A program made the position numbers and the translations under genes. From the NCBI RefSeq assembly GCF_036588685.1, contig NC_086374.1, positions 71,238,001-71,302,000 of the forward strand: 64,000 nt of DNA, read 5' to 3'. The notes under the pieces were generated by a model, which had not been told where the DNA came from, did not search any database, and saw only the letters and a list, made by a program, of their open reading frames with translations. This DNA is from Mytilus trossulus. Taxonomy: Eukaryota. Shown one piece after another: positions 50,634 through 63,948 of the stretch. Every line of letters begins with the position of its first letter. The first letter of the stretch is position 1.

Positions 50634-51313
50634 CTGGAATGACCAAATAATATCATGTGTTTTTACGTAAGTATTATATGTTCTTGTGCATATAGATAAT
50701 GGTTATGATTATGTCGGTTAAAAACTCATTAGAGCTTATGTTTGTATACCTTGCCGATTCTAAATAAAGCTTATTTATTATAATTTATCATAAAAAAAAT
50801 TAAACCACAGTGTAAACCTGCAATCTATAACCTTATAGCCTTCTAAAAACTGAATATTTGACTTGAAGAACCTTTCATTTGAAGGATACGACAAAAAGTG
50901 TTACCCACATACCCGAATATTTTTATCCCTATTAGTTAAACCCAGCACCTTTAATCTATTACAATAAAATCATAGTCCAATGTACACCCTCATGGATGTA
51001 TCGGTAGATAATAAACTGAAGGTTGCCGTTAAAACGGATTAAAAGGTCGAAGCTTTAGGTTTCTACCTCGCGGTCATAGAGCGAAAAACGAAAACTGTTT
51101 TTAAAGATATTGCTAGGAAGTATAAATCATTGCTGTGCATTAGTCTTCATCATGTTGTTCATGACGCGCGAATAATATTAAAGACAGTCAGAATTATTCG
51201 TCATCAACCGGAAGCCATTATTTCAACATCAAATATAATATAACAAGTAAAAAAAATATATGTACAAGCGCCAGTTTCTGATTATCAGAATTCTAAGTAT
51301 AGAAATAGAACGA

Positions 51314-51538
51314 CTTGCTGCCAGTAGAAATTTTAAATTCCGGGAAGTGAACGGAATTAGCACTGTTAATCTCTAATATAGTTGATGAGTTGTACTAAAA
51401 ACCCTGCAATACTTGCGGAACATGTCTTGCTGCCAGTAGAAATTTTAAATTCCGGGAAGTGAACGGAATTAGCACTGTTAATCTCTAATATAGTTGATGA
51501 GTTGTACTAAAAACCCTGCAATACTTGCGGAACATGTC
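51314..51538. promoter_or_regulatory. Exact 112-bp tandem duplication, each unit with a STAT/GAS-type TTCCGGGAA overlapping GGAAGT
   Basis: Units start at 51314 and 51426; TTCCGGGAA at 51338-51346 and 51450-51458; ~0.7 kb upstream of the first CARD exon. The duplication is certain, the regulatory role is inferred. Confidence 0.5.
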
Positions 51539-53976
51539 TGACACAGTCATGTGACATCTCGTTCGCTTTTTTACTGGTTTTTCAATAATGTGTGATATTA
51601 TTTCTCATATGCTCAAAAGTGTGTAGAATTATGAGTAACGATATCTAAAGTTCATAAAACATAATTTAAAGCTGAGATTTACAAGTATATAAACCTTAGC
51701 GTGCAGTATTTACTGTCTTTTCAACTGTCCCATAAATAAGATCATTATTGTGAACTGAGTCTCCCCCAGACAAATTAGGATATTTTGAGGTCAAAGATGT
51801 GTTTTGTCCTATGGCCTTATATCCGGTTCGGGTGTTTTTTTCTAAATGAACGTAAAAGTAAATAAATTCAGTTAATTCATATTTTGTCTACTTGACCTGT
51901 TTAAGTTGAAATCTTCTATTTAATACAAAAATGTATCAAAATGAATGCGGCGTACAACACTGTTTTTAGAACCAACTATGTATACTAAATCAATGATGAG
52001 TGCTCCTTAAAATAAGAACGTTAAATAACCTAATTATCAATGAACTTGTATCAAACATGTTTTGTTTATGTCAAAATAGGTTCCGTCCATCGAAAGAAAA
52101 ATAGCGAATAACTTCCTTTCCCTGTAAAAAAAACACGCCCACATTGTCTCGTTTTGAAAACATTGTTGTAGATCATGAATGATACCCAAATAACAGCCAT
52201 TGTGCTACGAATGTAAACCCAAACAGCCTCCAGTGTATTAAAAAAACAAAAAAAAATTAAAATAAAAAAACAAAAGAAAGCTAGATCTTTTGTCCAACGT
52301 TATACTAATAAAACTTCCGTTCGTCTGTTCTGAACTTCATATGGTTCGGAGGAGATTTTTTTAATCATGGTAACCGGAGGGAGATACGTTTCTGTTTTGA
52401 CGAACATTCTCACGTTTTGTTTTTGTTTACACCATTGTCATTGACTATGCTTACGATGGTATAACTGTTGGCATCAAATTAGATAAAGCTCTTGGTTTGC
52501 TTTCAATATGAAAATTTTAATGTCTGTTGAAAACAAAACAGCAGTTAAAGGAAGATTTGTTTTCGTATAATATAACATATTTTCGTAGAGGAATATTCAT
52601 CGTTGACATTTTCAAAATTGTGTTAACTTTGTGGGAGGTCATGAGTTCAATAGCCGTCTGGCTTTAGCAAAAGGCGTTAAAATTTGTGTTTGCTGTTTCT
52701 CTTTTGAGCACATGGAATCTAACAGGGTCTTCGTGTAAGTGGTTTACATAATAGAGGGTAATGTGCAAAGAGTCAGATTAACGGCTTAAGAATACGAAGA
52801 ATAGAAAAAATAAGTCAAAACTAAAAAGAATAGAGAATAATGGGGTGCTGAAATATAAAGAGTAAGAGTCAGGAGAAAAAATGAAAACAGAAAAGATGCT
52901 TTAAAAATAAATACAGGACCCCCTACCCAGATCCCTATTTTCAAAATAAGAGCAAGGACAAAAGTCAGATTATTGACTGGAAGTTGTAACAAGAAATAAT
53001 GTTTCGTCTGATGTATCTGTCTCTTCGACAAAAAAACGAACACATTTCGATTATTGATTCGATTAATAGATTTAGACATCATGGCTCAGGTGCTCAATTA
53101 TTGACCCTCATCCCTTCAACTTGATACCTTATTTCGCTTTTTAACAATTTTTTATTCTAGCTTCACTGACGAATAGAAACAAGCATCTGGGGTACACAAT
53201 TGTCAGCTTGATATCTTGAATGGTTGTTTAATTTTGTTTTTTGTCATTGTTATGTAACGGTTGACAAACATGAGGGCATATCTATTGATCGTTCAGAAAC
53301 AGAAAGCAAAAGTCAATTGTAGAGAGACTGACACATAGCCTTCAACCTTCATTAATGGTTTAATTCCTTTCATTTAGAAATGTATGTTGGACAACAGGAA
53401 GTGGCCTTCCGCATCACACGGCATTGTCATATCCAAGTAAAGAGATTTGACTAGATATGATTGACTATAAAACAAGTATGATCTTCATCACAGACCAAAG
53501 GAGGATAATGTAAACAACAGGTGGTCATTGTAAAGTCTATAACAATTAGCAAAAAACATCCTGTATCTGATTTTTAAAGTGAACTATAACATGGTCTTTT
53601 CATGAAAAATGAGAAACCAATTCAAATGGGAAATCTTACAGTCTAAGTTGTAGTTTTTAAACAACCATAACCTCTGAATTACAAGCTTACAAATGTTGGA
53701 GTCATTGACAAAGAACCCTGGGAACTAATTTATATTTGAGTCTGACAACTGACCAGTCTCGGTTTGGTAAGTTACAGTGTCATACTAGTATGACTAGAAG
53801 AATAATCGATGTTAGGGAGGCCGAAATAAACAATGTATATATCTTTAACAGTTGTGTCTATTTGAAATATAGATGATCATAGATAAGAAATCGACAAATC
53901 TTTGTTTAACTTTGATTTTATTTTATTTGACAAGGTTTATCAATGATGTCATGTATTTGTTATTTAAAGTATCAAG

Positions 53977-54756
53977 TGTCACAGTGGTAAAATGGACAAA
54001 AATCGATTTTGAAACTTTTCGGACATTTTGTAAAAGATTTTGTAAAATTACTATTTTGTTATATTTGCAATATTTCACTAAGGGATTTTGTTTATTTTAT
54101 TTCTATTTGTGACATTTATGCACCAAATGTCACAAATAGAAACTGGGTATATCTGTGACTGGGAAATGTGTTGGCTTGGAACCACACACACACATGATAA
54201 ACAGTACGACAAGTCTGCACGGACTCTGACTCTGGGACTAGCCATTGTAACAAAAGACGACTCTGGTTAGCGCGGTGTATAATTTAATAAGTTCAGCATG
54301 GAATACAATTGTACAGAGTTGGAACTGCTCAGTGTAATACTAAATCTAATCTGCCACATTAAAATAACAACATAGTTTATATAACAAACCAAAAACTACT
54401 TGAATAGACTTGACAAATATTTCTCTTAATGAGTGAGAAAATTCAATTAAGGGTTTAAACACATAGATAATAATTAACAATAGAACATACAGACTTATGT
54501 AGGGAATTAAACTCTTGGCTTGTCATAAACGAATAATAAATCATTTGAAGTAAAATGTTGCTAATTGAAAAACAAATTAAAACATGAAATTAGATTAGCT
54601 TAATCTTCTAAACTTGACTTAAATCTTGCACAATAAAAAAAACAAAATCCCTTAGTGAAATATTGCAAATATAACAAAATAGTAATTTTACAAAATCTTT
54701 TACAAAATGTCCGAAAAGTCTCCAAATCGATTTTTGTCCATTTTACCACTGTGACA
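53977..54756. mobile_element. Ginger-like MITE (TGT...ACA, ~125-bp TIRs, 4-bp TSD)
   Basis: TGTCACAGTGGTAAAATGGACAAAAATCGATTT / reverse complement; TSD CAAG at 53973-53976 and 54757-54760. Confidence 0.8.
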
Positions 54757-54880
54757 CAAGCATACATTGATTTGCAAGGTTGTTCCAATTCTGTTTCAAA
54801 GTGAGGCATTTTTGTAAGGAGTACCCCAAACTTCCGAAGTCAATGCAATGCTGATCAGACATGACCTAAATGTTCGGAGT

Positions 54881-55911
54881 CAGGGGCGGATCCAGGATTT
54901 CCAGTTAGGGGGGCGCAAAGTTTTATTTTCGCCGAGCGGAGCGAGGCGAAAAATTTTTGGAGTTTCATTTTAGGTAAAATAATTGAAATATTCTTCTAAA
55001 GGGGTGAAATGTAGATATCTCGAACTATTGTGTGGTAAAAATAGCGAGAAATTAAAGTTTCAAGCTGAAACCGCCTTAATCCACACCTGACAACAATCTA
55101 CAAATAATCGGGCGGACAGACGGACGCAAAGCGAGACGAGACAGAACACAATTGCTCACCTGACCAATATATTTTTCAAACGAAAATTTCTACTTTTACC
55201 AGCGATTTTTAATTGTCCTTTCATACTATCGGTTTTTTTTTACTTTTTTTTATTTTCGGAGGTCGTGCCAGACTTCACTGTGTTCGCCACAAACAACTAA
55301 AATCAGAATGAGATGCATTTACCCAGTTATATTCATTTTCTTGCAAGTTGGGATCCCAAGAATACAGTAATACGATACAGAATTCGGCTAAATATGTAGG
55401 TTGCAAGTGAGAAATAAATAATAAAGACAAAGAGAAACAAATTAATAAACTAACCTTTAGCTAGGAACAGTATTTCTATCTTTCATTACGGATATTATAA
55501 AAGAATCTCACTGTTTTCTTGACCGTGTGACTGTCATGATGAAATTGTGAAAGTGAGTAAGGGATGTTTTGGAACTTCGATTATCTAACAAATTGATTAT
55601 AAAAACCGCATATACAATGTAACATTTGTTTTTACTTTAACTGCTAAAAACCTATTATATTTGTCATCAAACGCAGCTCCGCGTTTGAAACCTTCCTTTG
55701 AAATTATCTTTAGAACTTTAATAAAGCGTAGGTCAGTTGATTAGTAATCACGTTGATTCTGTTAAACTGACTGTTATATATCATACTTTGAATGTTAAAA
55801 AAGATTGAATGGTCTATTCTGATACTTAAATATGTTGAAGACAACCCATGCTTTGCAAATTTTAGGGGGGGGGGCGCACGCCCGCCACGCCCCCGCCTAA
55901 ATCCGCCCCTG
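54881..55911. mobile_element. Non-autonomous TIR element CAGGGGCGGAT...ATCCGCCCCTG with 5-bp TSD
   Basis: GGAGT on both flanks. Confidence 0.75.
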
Positions 55912-57115
55912 GGAGTGTCTCTTAAAGTGATACACCAAGTAGAAAACAATTGTATTAAATGCCTCCATTGAAATGGATCGATGGGTCAGGTTTAAGAACG
56001 ATTTTTGTTGCGAAGCAAATCAATAGAATATTTCACTAGGTGAATGTTTCCATAAAAAATAGTCCAAATTATTATATAAAAAATGTGCATTTTCAAATAA
56101 ATTTACAGTCAATACCAATATGAGTATGTCTTTAATTTCATTTCTAAAGAGTTGAATTGAAAGAAAATAACCTGAGGGTCATATCTATGAGTGTCTACAT
56201 GTTTTGTAATTTGTCACAAACTTATTGTTTAAAGTTTTAAATTATATGGCAATAAAAATTGGAATTATAATTTGAAATTTTAATATAAAGGCAGCTTCGC
56301 ATAATTATAAGGTTGTTTTTCTATGGAAAAAAGAAATACATAATCATGTTGGCAAGTTTGAGTAATAACATTTTTTGTTCGTGATTGGTAAAGTTTTGTA
56401 TCTATAATGTTTTACTACAAGCGATCATTACATATACTAGTATGTCATTTCCAAAAACATTTATAAAATAAACTTACTTTTAGTTAAGGAATTTTGAAAT
56501 CAGAACAGCATAAGGTTCAATGTATTGTAAGCCTTGGCACTAAGGAATTTTACACAAACGAGTGTGTACGAGAATAACGGGTAAATAAACAAAATATGTG
56601 TGGACATTTAACAGGGTCGATATTGGAAGATGTGTGTGTCGAATTTAATCACATACAAAGATTAAATGACGTCAATTCAAAATGAGATTCTATTTACGGC
56701 TATTCATATATAGAATCAGAATAATATAATACAGAATAAAGGGGAAATCCCGTATTTACCCTTCATTCCTCTCTCTAACAAATTACGTGTGAAATAATCA
56801 TAATACTTTAGAGGATTGGTTTTTTTTTATCATTTCTCATACTCATAAACTACGCAAAAATTTGAAAGAGAAAGTTTAATTAGTGAGTGTGTTGTATTAT
56901 AATTATCTAAACATTATAAATATTATTAACTTTTCTCATTTCTAAACGCTGCACGTTAAGAACCGTTCTTAAACGTTGTCACAACTCTTTGGTGGGTCGG
57001 TAGATGTACCATGGCTTAGTGCAATGCTAAATTGATCTCTCTATCGAATGAACCATCGTTATCCAGTAGTTTTCTTAAATTTCTCCGACCTTTATTCAAG
57101 ACGTCCTCTATCACA

Positions 57116-57770
57116 GCACCTCTCTATTGTATTTATCTATAATGTGTTCTCGTCCTAAACATTCATCAAATATTTGTCACTGGACGTAAAGCTACTAACA
57201 ATCAATCAACCAATTCTAAACGATAGTCCGAATGCTCTCCGTTGTTTCTTAAATCAGAAATTTTGTTTTTAAATAGTGCAAATGGTCTTATCAACAATAA
57301 AACTGCTAAACTTTACCAACTGGAACGTTCGAGCACCTCTCTTGTATTTATCTATAATGTGTTTTCGTCCTTAACATTCATCAAATATATTTGTCACTGG
57401 ACGTAAAGCTACCAACAATCAATCAACAAATTCTAAACGAAAGTCCGAATAATCTCCGTTGTTTCCTAAATCAGAAATTTTTGTTTTTAAATAGTGCAAA
57501 TGGTCTTATCAACAATAAAACTGCTAAACTTTACTAACTGGAACGTTCGAGCACCTCTCTTGTATTTATCTATAATGTGTTTTCGTCCTAAACATTCATC
57601 AAATATATTTGTCACTGGACGTAAAGCTACCAACAATCAATCAACCAATTCTAAACGAAAGTCCGAATGCTCTCCGTTGTTTCTTAAATCAGAAATTTTG
57701 AATTAAATAGTGCAAATGGTCTTATCAACAATAAAACTGCTAAACTTTACCAACTGCATGGAACGTTCGA
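57116..57770. repeat. Three tandem ~219-bp units
   Basis: GCACCTCTC..TGTATTTATCTATAATGTG at 57116, 57332 and 57551. Confidence 0.9.
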
Positions 57771-59829
57771 AAGTCGCTGGTCTTTTCATTTTGTAGTTTC
57801 AAAGATTAATGAAAACTATGCAGAAAAACGATGCATCTCATAATGCAATTATGAGTACATCTGATGTCATCGGAAATAATCAAAATATTTGCATCATATT
57901 TCGGTCGTAAAAAACAATATAAAACGACATATCTTGGTCAAACCAGAAAATGCAGTTTGTATATTTATATGATAATGTACATGATCTACATTAACGCAAA
58001 ACAAAATGTTAGTATAAAATGACCATTCCTTTGTAAAGAGAAGGTTACTCAGTGCGTGTACACCTGTACTGTGTTTGAACCTTATAAATTCAGTTCGTTA
58101 ATAGCAAAATCTTGTTATTTAAAATAGTTTACCATCGTTTCAAAATATAACGGAAGTTAAGGAAACGGGCGATAAGTCCAGGAACATCGTCATTAAATAT
58201 TTATCACATTTCTTAACTCGAACTTTCATGTTGGAAACCATTTAATTTTTAAACTGATAAATCAAAAATTGTAATTAGTTGTTTAAGAAGTAAACAGTTT
58301 CCTAGAACAAGAATAAGAATGATGTCTCACGCAGCAGAAGATAATGCATTGTTCAATGGCCGATCATTGAGGCGCGCAGCATTCTTCCAAACAATTACGT
58401 GAGTAAACATTTCCGATCCACGCCGGAAAATGTCGTAAATATATATTTAAAAGAGACATTTTTATATCATGCTTTTCTAGGTAAACAGACAAAGAAACAT
58501 CAACAAGAATTATAACTTCTGTCACGAAACCATGAATGACGCACACAACAATGCCTGATCATACGTAAACAACGGATCAGAAAGTATATGGAGAAAAGTT
58601 CAACTATAAAATCTGTACAGGAAAATAATTTTAAGTGTTTCGATATTGCGAAACACAATTAATCTGAAAACTCCATTCCGCAGCCAACACACATTTATGT
58701 GAGTCATTGGAGCATAACGACTTTGAGCACCACATACAAGCTCAAAACAGAATGGCCACAAATGTTAGTATGACTCCGATATTACAATTGTTCACCCTTA
58801 CTCCGTAATACTTGTTGCTAAATGGTGTTCTGCAGTAAATGCCGTTTTGTAGAGTTATTTTGGCGATTCATATTGATGCACAATAAGATTTATGAAGATA
58901 TCGTAGGAGTTCTAAAGAGACAACTTTCCATCCAAATCACAATTTGTAACAGAAAAAAACATTTCAAGTCAAAGTACGGTCCTCAACACAGATCCTTGGC
59001 TCACACCGAACAGCAAGCTGTAAAGGGCCTCAATAAAAACCAGTATAAAACCATTCTAACGGGAAAACCAACGGTCTTATCAATCTAAAAAAACGAGAAC
59101 CGAGAAACACCTATGAACCACCTCAATAAACGACAAAGAGCATGTTAAAATGTAAAAACGTCGATTTAGTTATATATAAATGCCAACAGCTACTTTTATG
59201 TTCTTTCGTAATGAAGGCAGTAAAGAATAATAAAAGCGCCTCGAACGCATTCAATTAGTGCCATTATCTGTGGTTCTCTCATGCCTATTTCCCTGTTATG
59301 TAACTCTACTTTCGTATATAAAGATTTGATAAAAGTAAACCTGATTTCTGTGGAAACAAACTCAACATAAAAATGTCAAAGACTTTTTGACGCCTGCAGG
59401 TACAAGTAACTCAGACTAATTATGTATAATTTCAATAAGGAGAAATATTGTCGTCAAACAATTTATGAAAAGAGCATCTGGACTGTGTTCGTCATTGCAG
59501 CAGATTGTGAGATTGGCGCAATTTAAACGAGAGTTCATGAGTTCAAGTCGTCTCCAGTCTAGACTGGTACCCAGTTGTTATTGAAATTCTTAACAATCCG
59601 AAGTCATACTGAGTATTTTACGCAGGGAACCTATCTTCAATCTGGCTAGACGGGTATTAATTTTTGTACATATAGCACATTCAAAACTATACGGGTAACC
59701 GCTGGTCATTTGACAATTTTTATCATTCTTAAATTACTCGATATATATGTTTATTCCAAATTAAGGCATAGTGAATAGTTTACAGGGGCAACTAATCTAA
59801 TTCAAAAATAAATTATATTTTTATAAGAC

Positions 59830-60600
59830 AAACATGTAACTCCAAGATAACAGAAGTCCAGACAACTTGAGTCATACACTTTACAATCTTTCCATACAAC
59901 AATTTAAGTTGAGCTATTGCTTATAGTTTAAGAAAAACAGACCAAAACCCAAAAACTTTACATCCGTGAAAATGAGGTCAAGGTCAAATAAAACCTGCGA
60001 GGCATGCACATCATTAAATAATTCCATACACCAAGTATAGTTGACCTATTGCATACAGTATTGGAAAAATATACCAAATCTCAAAAACTAAACTTAACTA
60101 CATATGTAACCACTGATCCATTGAACTGAGATCAACGTCAGACGACACATGCCAGTTGGACAAGTACACCTTACAATCCTTTCATACAGCAAATATACTA
60201 GACCTATTGCTTATAGTATTTAGATATGGACTTGACCATCAAAACTTTACCATGTTCTCCGATCCATGAAATTAGGTCGAGGTCAAGTGGAAACTGTCTG
60301 ACGGGTATGTGGACCTTGCAAAGTACAGTGTACGCACACATATTTATCCTATTTCTCATAATTAAGATAGACAATCTTAATTCTTTGTTTCAAGTATTCA
60401 CTGAACCATAAAAATGAGGTCAAGGAAAATGTAATTATGACAGACGGAAACTTCGAAACATAAGGCATCTACATGTATATACAAAGTATGAAATATCCAG
60501 GTCTTCCACCATCTAAAATATAATACTTTTAAGATGTTAACTAAAATCGCCGCCGCCGCCGCCATTTTTAAGATGTTAACTAAACCGCCGCCAGATTACT
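59830..60600 (+). mobile_element. Degenerate HINE-like element
   Basis: Diverged tandem units with AATGAGGTCAAGGTCA and GACCTATTGC, ending in (CGC)n tracts. Confidence 0.5.
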
Positions 60601-61872
60601 TTTTCTTTGTCAAGCTTTCTTCGACAAAAGTATAGAAATTGGACCTAATTTTACCAGCCCAACACTGCCAGGGCAAAATAAGCTGTGTGGGATGTCCAAC
60701 GAAACAAAATCCGGTCGCAATAACAACGATATGTTGTAGGAGCCTATAGTGCCTTGTTTCTTCGTAAAAATAATAGTCATGAAACAGTAAATATTATTAC
60801 GTTCGGAATTAACAAAATTTAATGATATTGACGAACTAGTCCACCAGTGTTCATTTTACTAATAAGCCGATCAAAGAGCGATAAGTCAAATCTTGATAAG
60901 CAAAATATCTGTACAAAAGTCGTTTTCAATTATTTAGAAACATCAAATAAACTTTCACAGATAAAAGGTGTTTTGCAAACAACATGAAATATAAAAAAAT
61001 ATTTGTTTAAGTCTTTTAAAATGTTTGTCATCAGGCCTTGCAGTCATAAAACTTTCGAGCACGATTTTTGTACTCAGACTCAAGAATCAACCAATCAAAT
61101 TACTGGATTTTATGTTTCGAGCACTTATTTTGTACTCCGAGTACTGAGTAAAGTTTTATGACCGAGAGCCAAGGTGTTAAAAATACATGGCGCCAAACCC
61201 TTTTCCTGAACTTTTTCATATTTTATTTTTCTTGACCAGCAAATTTTATCTCGTCTATACCGTTATCATATTCATAACATAACGCGAAAATAAAGTCTTA
61301 ATGGCGTTAAATGCACAAAACTTCATTTAAAACATACAAATACGGACATGCACCAATCGAAAAAAGACAAAGAATATGGGAAAACTCTTTAATATACACT
61401 CCAGCAGTAATATGGTAAAATCGTATTATAGAGAGGAAGAACGCATAAATAAGTTTTTGATATACAATCTTCTGCGAGCTTGAAAAAAAATAATTTCAAA
61501 ATCCCGCAAAAAATATTTTCCGACACACACAGTGCATGTAACGTTTATATCTTGTTTCTGTCATTGGTACACAGGTTTGTATGTAATCAGGTGTTGGTGT
61601 TGACACCGCCTTGTTTGTCATTCATTTCCTTCTGATATGAACCAACACATCACACAACGACATGTTCGCTAACAAGACAACAATTCAAGCATTGATTTCG
61701 TAAACCATTGAAAGATCGTCATTTATTCAGATTGAGAAGCTTAAATGATATCCAAAAGAATAATAGGCGCTAGAGACATCTCTCCTCCTTGTTATTTTTT
61801 TAATTTCGGTTGTTATGTTTTATGAACTCAACGTGGAAAATAATAATAATAATAAAATTGACAGCACGAAAC

Positions 61873-63387
61873 TACGGAAGCGTATTAGGGACATTTAAAA
61901 AATAAATTTGGCAGTGAAATTTTATTTCAAAGTCGAAATTTTGACATTTCAAATCTCAAAATTTCGACTTTAACTCGAAATTTTAACTTTTCTTATCTTG
62001 AAATTTTGACCTTCTAAAATCTTGAAATTTCGACTTTTTTTTAACTCGAAATTTCGACTTCTTTTAAAATCAAAATTTCGACTTTTTCTAAACTCGAAAT
62101 TTCGACTTCTTTTAAACCCAAAATTTCGACTTTTTTAAAACTTAAAATTTCGACTTTTCCTCAGTATTTATACGTTTGCGATTACCACATTCAAAGTCAT
62201 TTATATCAGCGAGGCGGAGAGCCATTTACATCATAAACTTCATAAGCATATTTTAATAAACTAAACCATTTTAAAGAGATTATTTTAGATAGAAAATCTT
62301 GTTCTTGCCAAAGAATAAACAAAATATGTTTCAGGTTCAAATACATATTTCAAGTCTGGACTTCAGATATGTGTACCAAGACAACCCCGCTATTCCGACA
62401 CACCTATATTACGACATTCTTTTACTCAACAGTCTAATATATAAAGACAAGGGTTAATAGTTGTGTTATAAGAATACAAACTTCCAAAACTAGAAAAAAA
62501 ACCTGAGCAGCTCATTGTTCGTTCTGAATATGCATGGCATTTTTGGCTACTTGATTTACCATTGTTTAAACAAGGCAAAGTCAGTGACTTGCTATTGGTA
62601 TACCAAACAGGCCTTTGAAACTGTGATGCTAAATGTTCTCAGACCTAATGATCCTATGACAGTGTCGTGGAAACTAAAACATGGAATATGGGGGGGGGGG
62701 GGGGGGATTTCTTCAATATTAAATGCTAATCCATATCTTAATTTAAGTACAAAACCAGTTTCTGGATATAAATTGCCAAAATGTGTGGATGACGCTTAAA
62801 TAATTTGCGTCCATGTCTACTCCTTCTAAAATTGTAATAACTGTGTTTGAATACTAAAATTTTTCGAGATTTCAACAGTGGAAATTTTGAAATCAAAGTC
62901 GAAATTACGATTTAAGAAAAAAGTCGAAATTTTTAGTTTACAAAAAGTCGAAATTTTGAGTTTAAAATAAGTCGAAATTTCGAGTTTTAAATAAGTTGAA
63001 ATTTTGAGTTTAAAATAAGTTGAAATTTCGAGTTTTAAATAAGTCGAAATTTCGAGTTTAAAAATAGGTCGAAATTTCGAGTTTTAAATAAGTTGAAATT
63101 TTGAGTTTAGAATAAGTTGAAATTTCGAGTTTTTAAAAGGTCGAAATTTCAAGATTCTAGAAAGTCAAAATTTCAAGATTTTGGAAAGTCAAAATTTCAA
63201 GTTGTAGTCAAAATTTCGGGATTTGAAAAGTCAAAATTTCAAGTTGTTGTCAAAATTTCAGGATTTGAAAAGTCAAAATTTCAAGTTGTAGTCAAAATTT
63301 TAGTGATTTGAAATGTCAAAATTTCGACTTTGAAAAAAAAGTTCACTGCCAATTTTATTTTTTCTATGTCCCTAATACGCTTCCGTA
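61873..63387. mobile_element. Second foldback-type element (TACGG termini, 6-bp TSD; IS3EU-like)
   Basis: TACGGAAGCGTATTAGGGACAT / ATGTCCCTAATACGCTTCCGTA; TSD CGAAAC at 61867-61872 and 63388-63393; arrays of ~22-24-bp GTCGAAATTTCGAG units in opposite orientation in the two arms. Confidence 0.85.
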
Positions 63388-63522
63388 CGAAACACGTATT
63401 ATATTGTCTGTGTATATGTGTTCCTCCCCCCAAAAAATCCTGTGGAAAAATAATTCTATATATTTTAAGTGAAAGAAATTTCAATTTACAAATGTATATG
63501 TATCAATACAGCACTTATGTAT

Positions 63523-63720
63523 CACTACCATGGGCACCTGAAGGGAACCGAAATAGAGGAAGGACAAAAACGACATGGAGAAGAGCAACAGAGAGAGAAA
63601 GGAACCAACAAGGATAGACAAGTTGGAACGTGGCCAGAACAGCGACAAAAGATAGAAAAGGGTGGAAAAGCAGCGTGGAGGCCATTTGCGACTTCTGTTG
63701 CGGAGAGAATTAAGGTTAAG
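63523..63720 (+). mobile_element. RTE-clade LINE 3' end
   Basis: LPWAPEGNRNRGRTKTTWRRATERE...SWNVARTATKDRKGWKSSVEAIC matches the RTE ORF C-terminus; internal stop. Confidence 0.75.
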
Positions 63721-63793
63721 CAATACAAATTAAACAACAGAAATCAAAAATGGGAGTCCTGGCCCAATGCACCATGTCCTCAAAAAACTTTTA

Positions 63794-63948
63794 CAGGGGC
63801 GGATCCAGTGGGGCGGGGTGTTCCGGGGGTTGGGACCCCCCATTTTTTGGGACGATCGATGCATTTGAATCGGGACATGTAGTTGGACGCCCTCCCCCTT
63901 TTGTCCTGGGTTAGGACCCCCCTTTTAAAATGGCTGGATCTGCCCCTG
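63794..63948. mobile_element. 155-bp MITE of the CAGGGGCGGAT family, 5-bp TSD
   Basis: TTTTA|CAGGGGCGGATCCAG...CTGGATCTGCCCCTG|TTTTA. Confidence 0.75.

Noticed and set aside
50750-51075. Candidate upstream exons or start for the CARD gene (10-nt mini-exon at 50750-50759, donor near 50912, ATG near 51077)
   Set aside because: No combination gave a convincing ATG in the required phase; the 5' end is left unresolved.
52630-52700. B-box-like GAGTTCAA segments (also ~59530-59560) suggesting tRNA
   Set aside because: No cloverleaf; at most decayed SINE heads.
53873-54809. Two ORFs sharing VTVVKWTKID..TFRTFCKRFCK
   Set aside because: Both read through the two arms of one inverted repeat.
63117-63311. 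ORF with repeated KSKFQ
   Set aside because: Translation of the transposon arm minisatellite.
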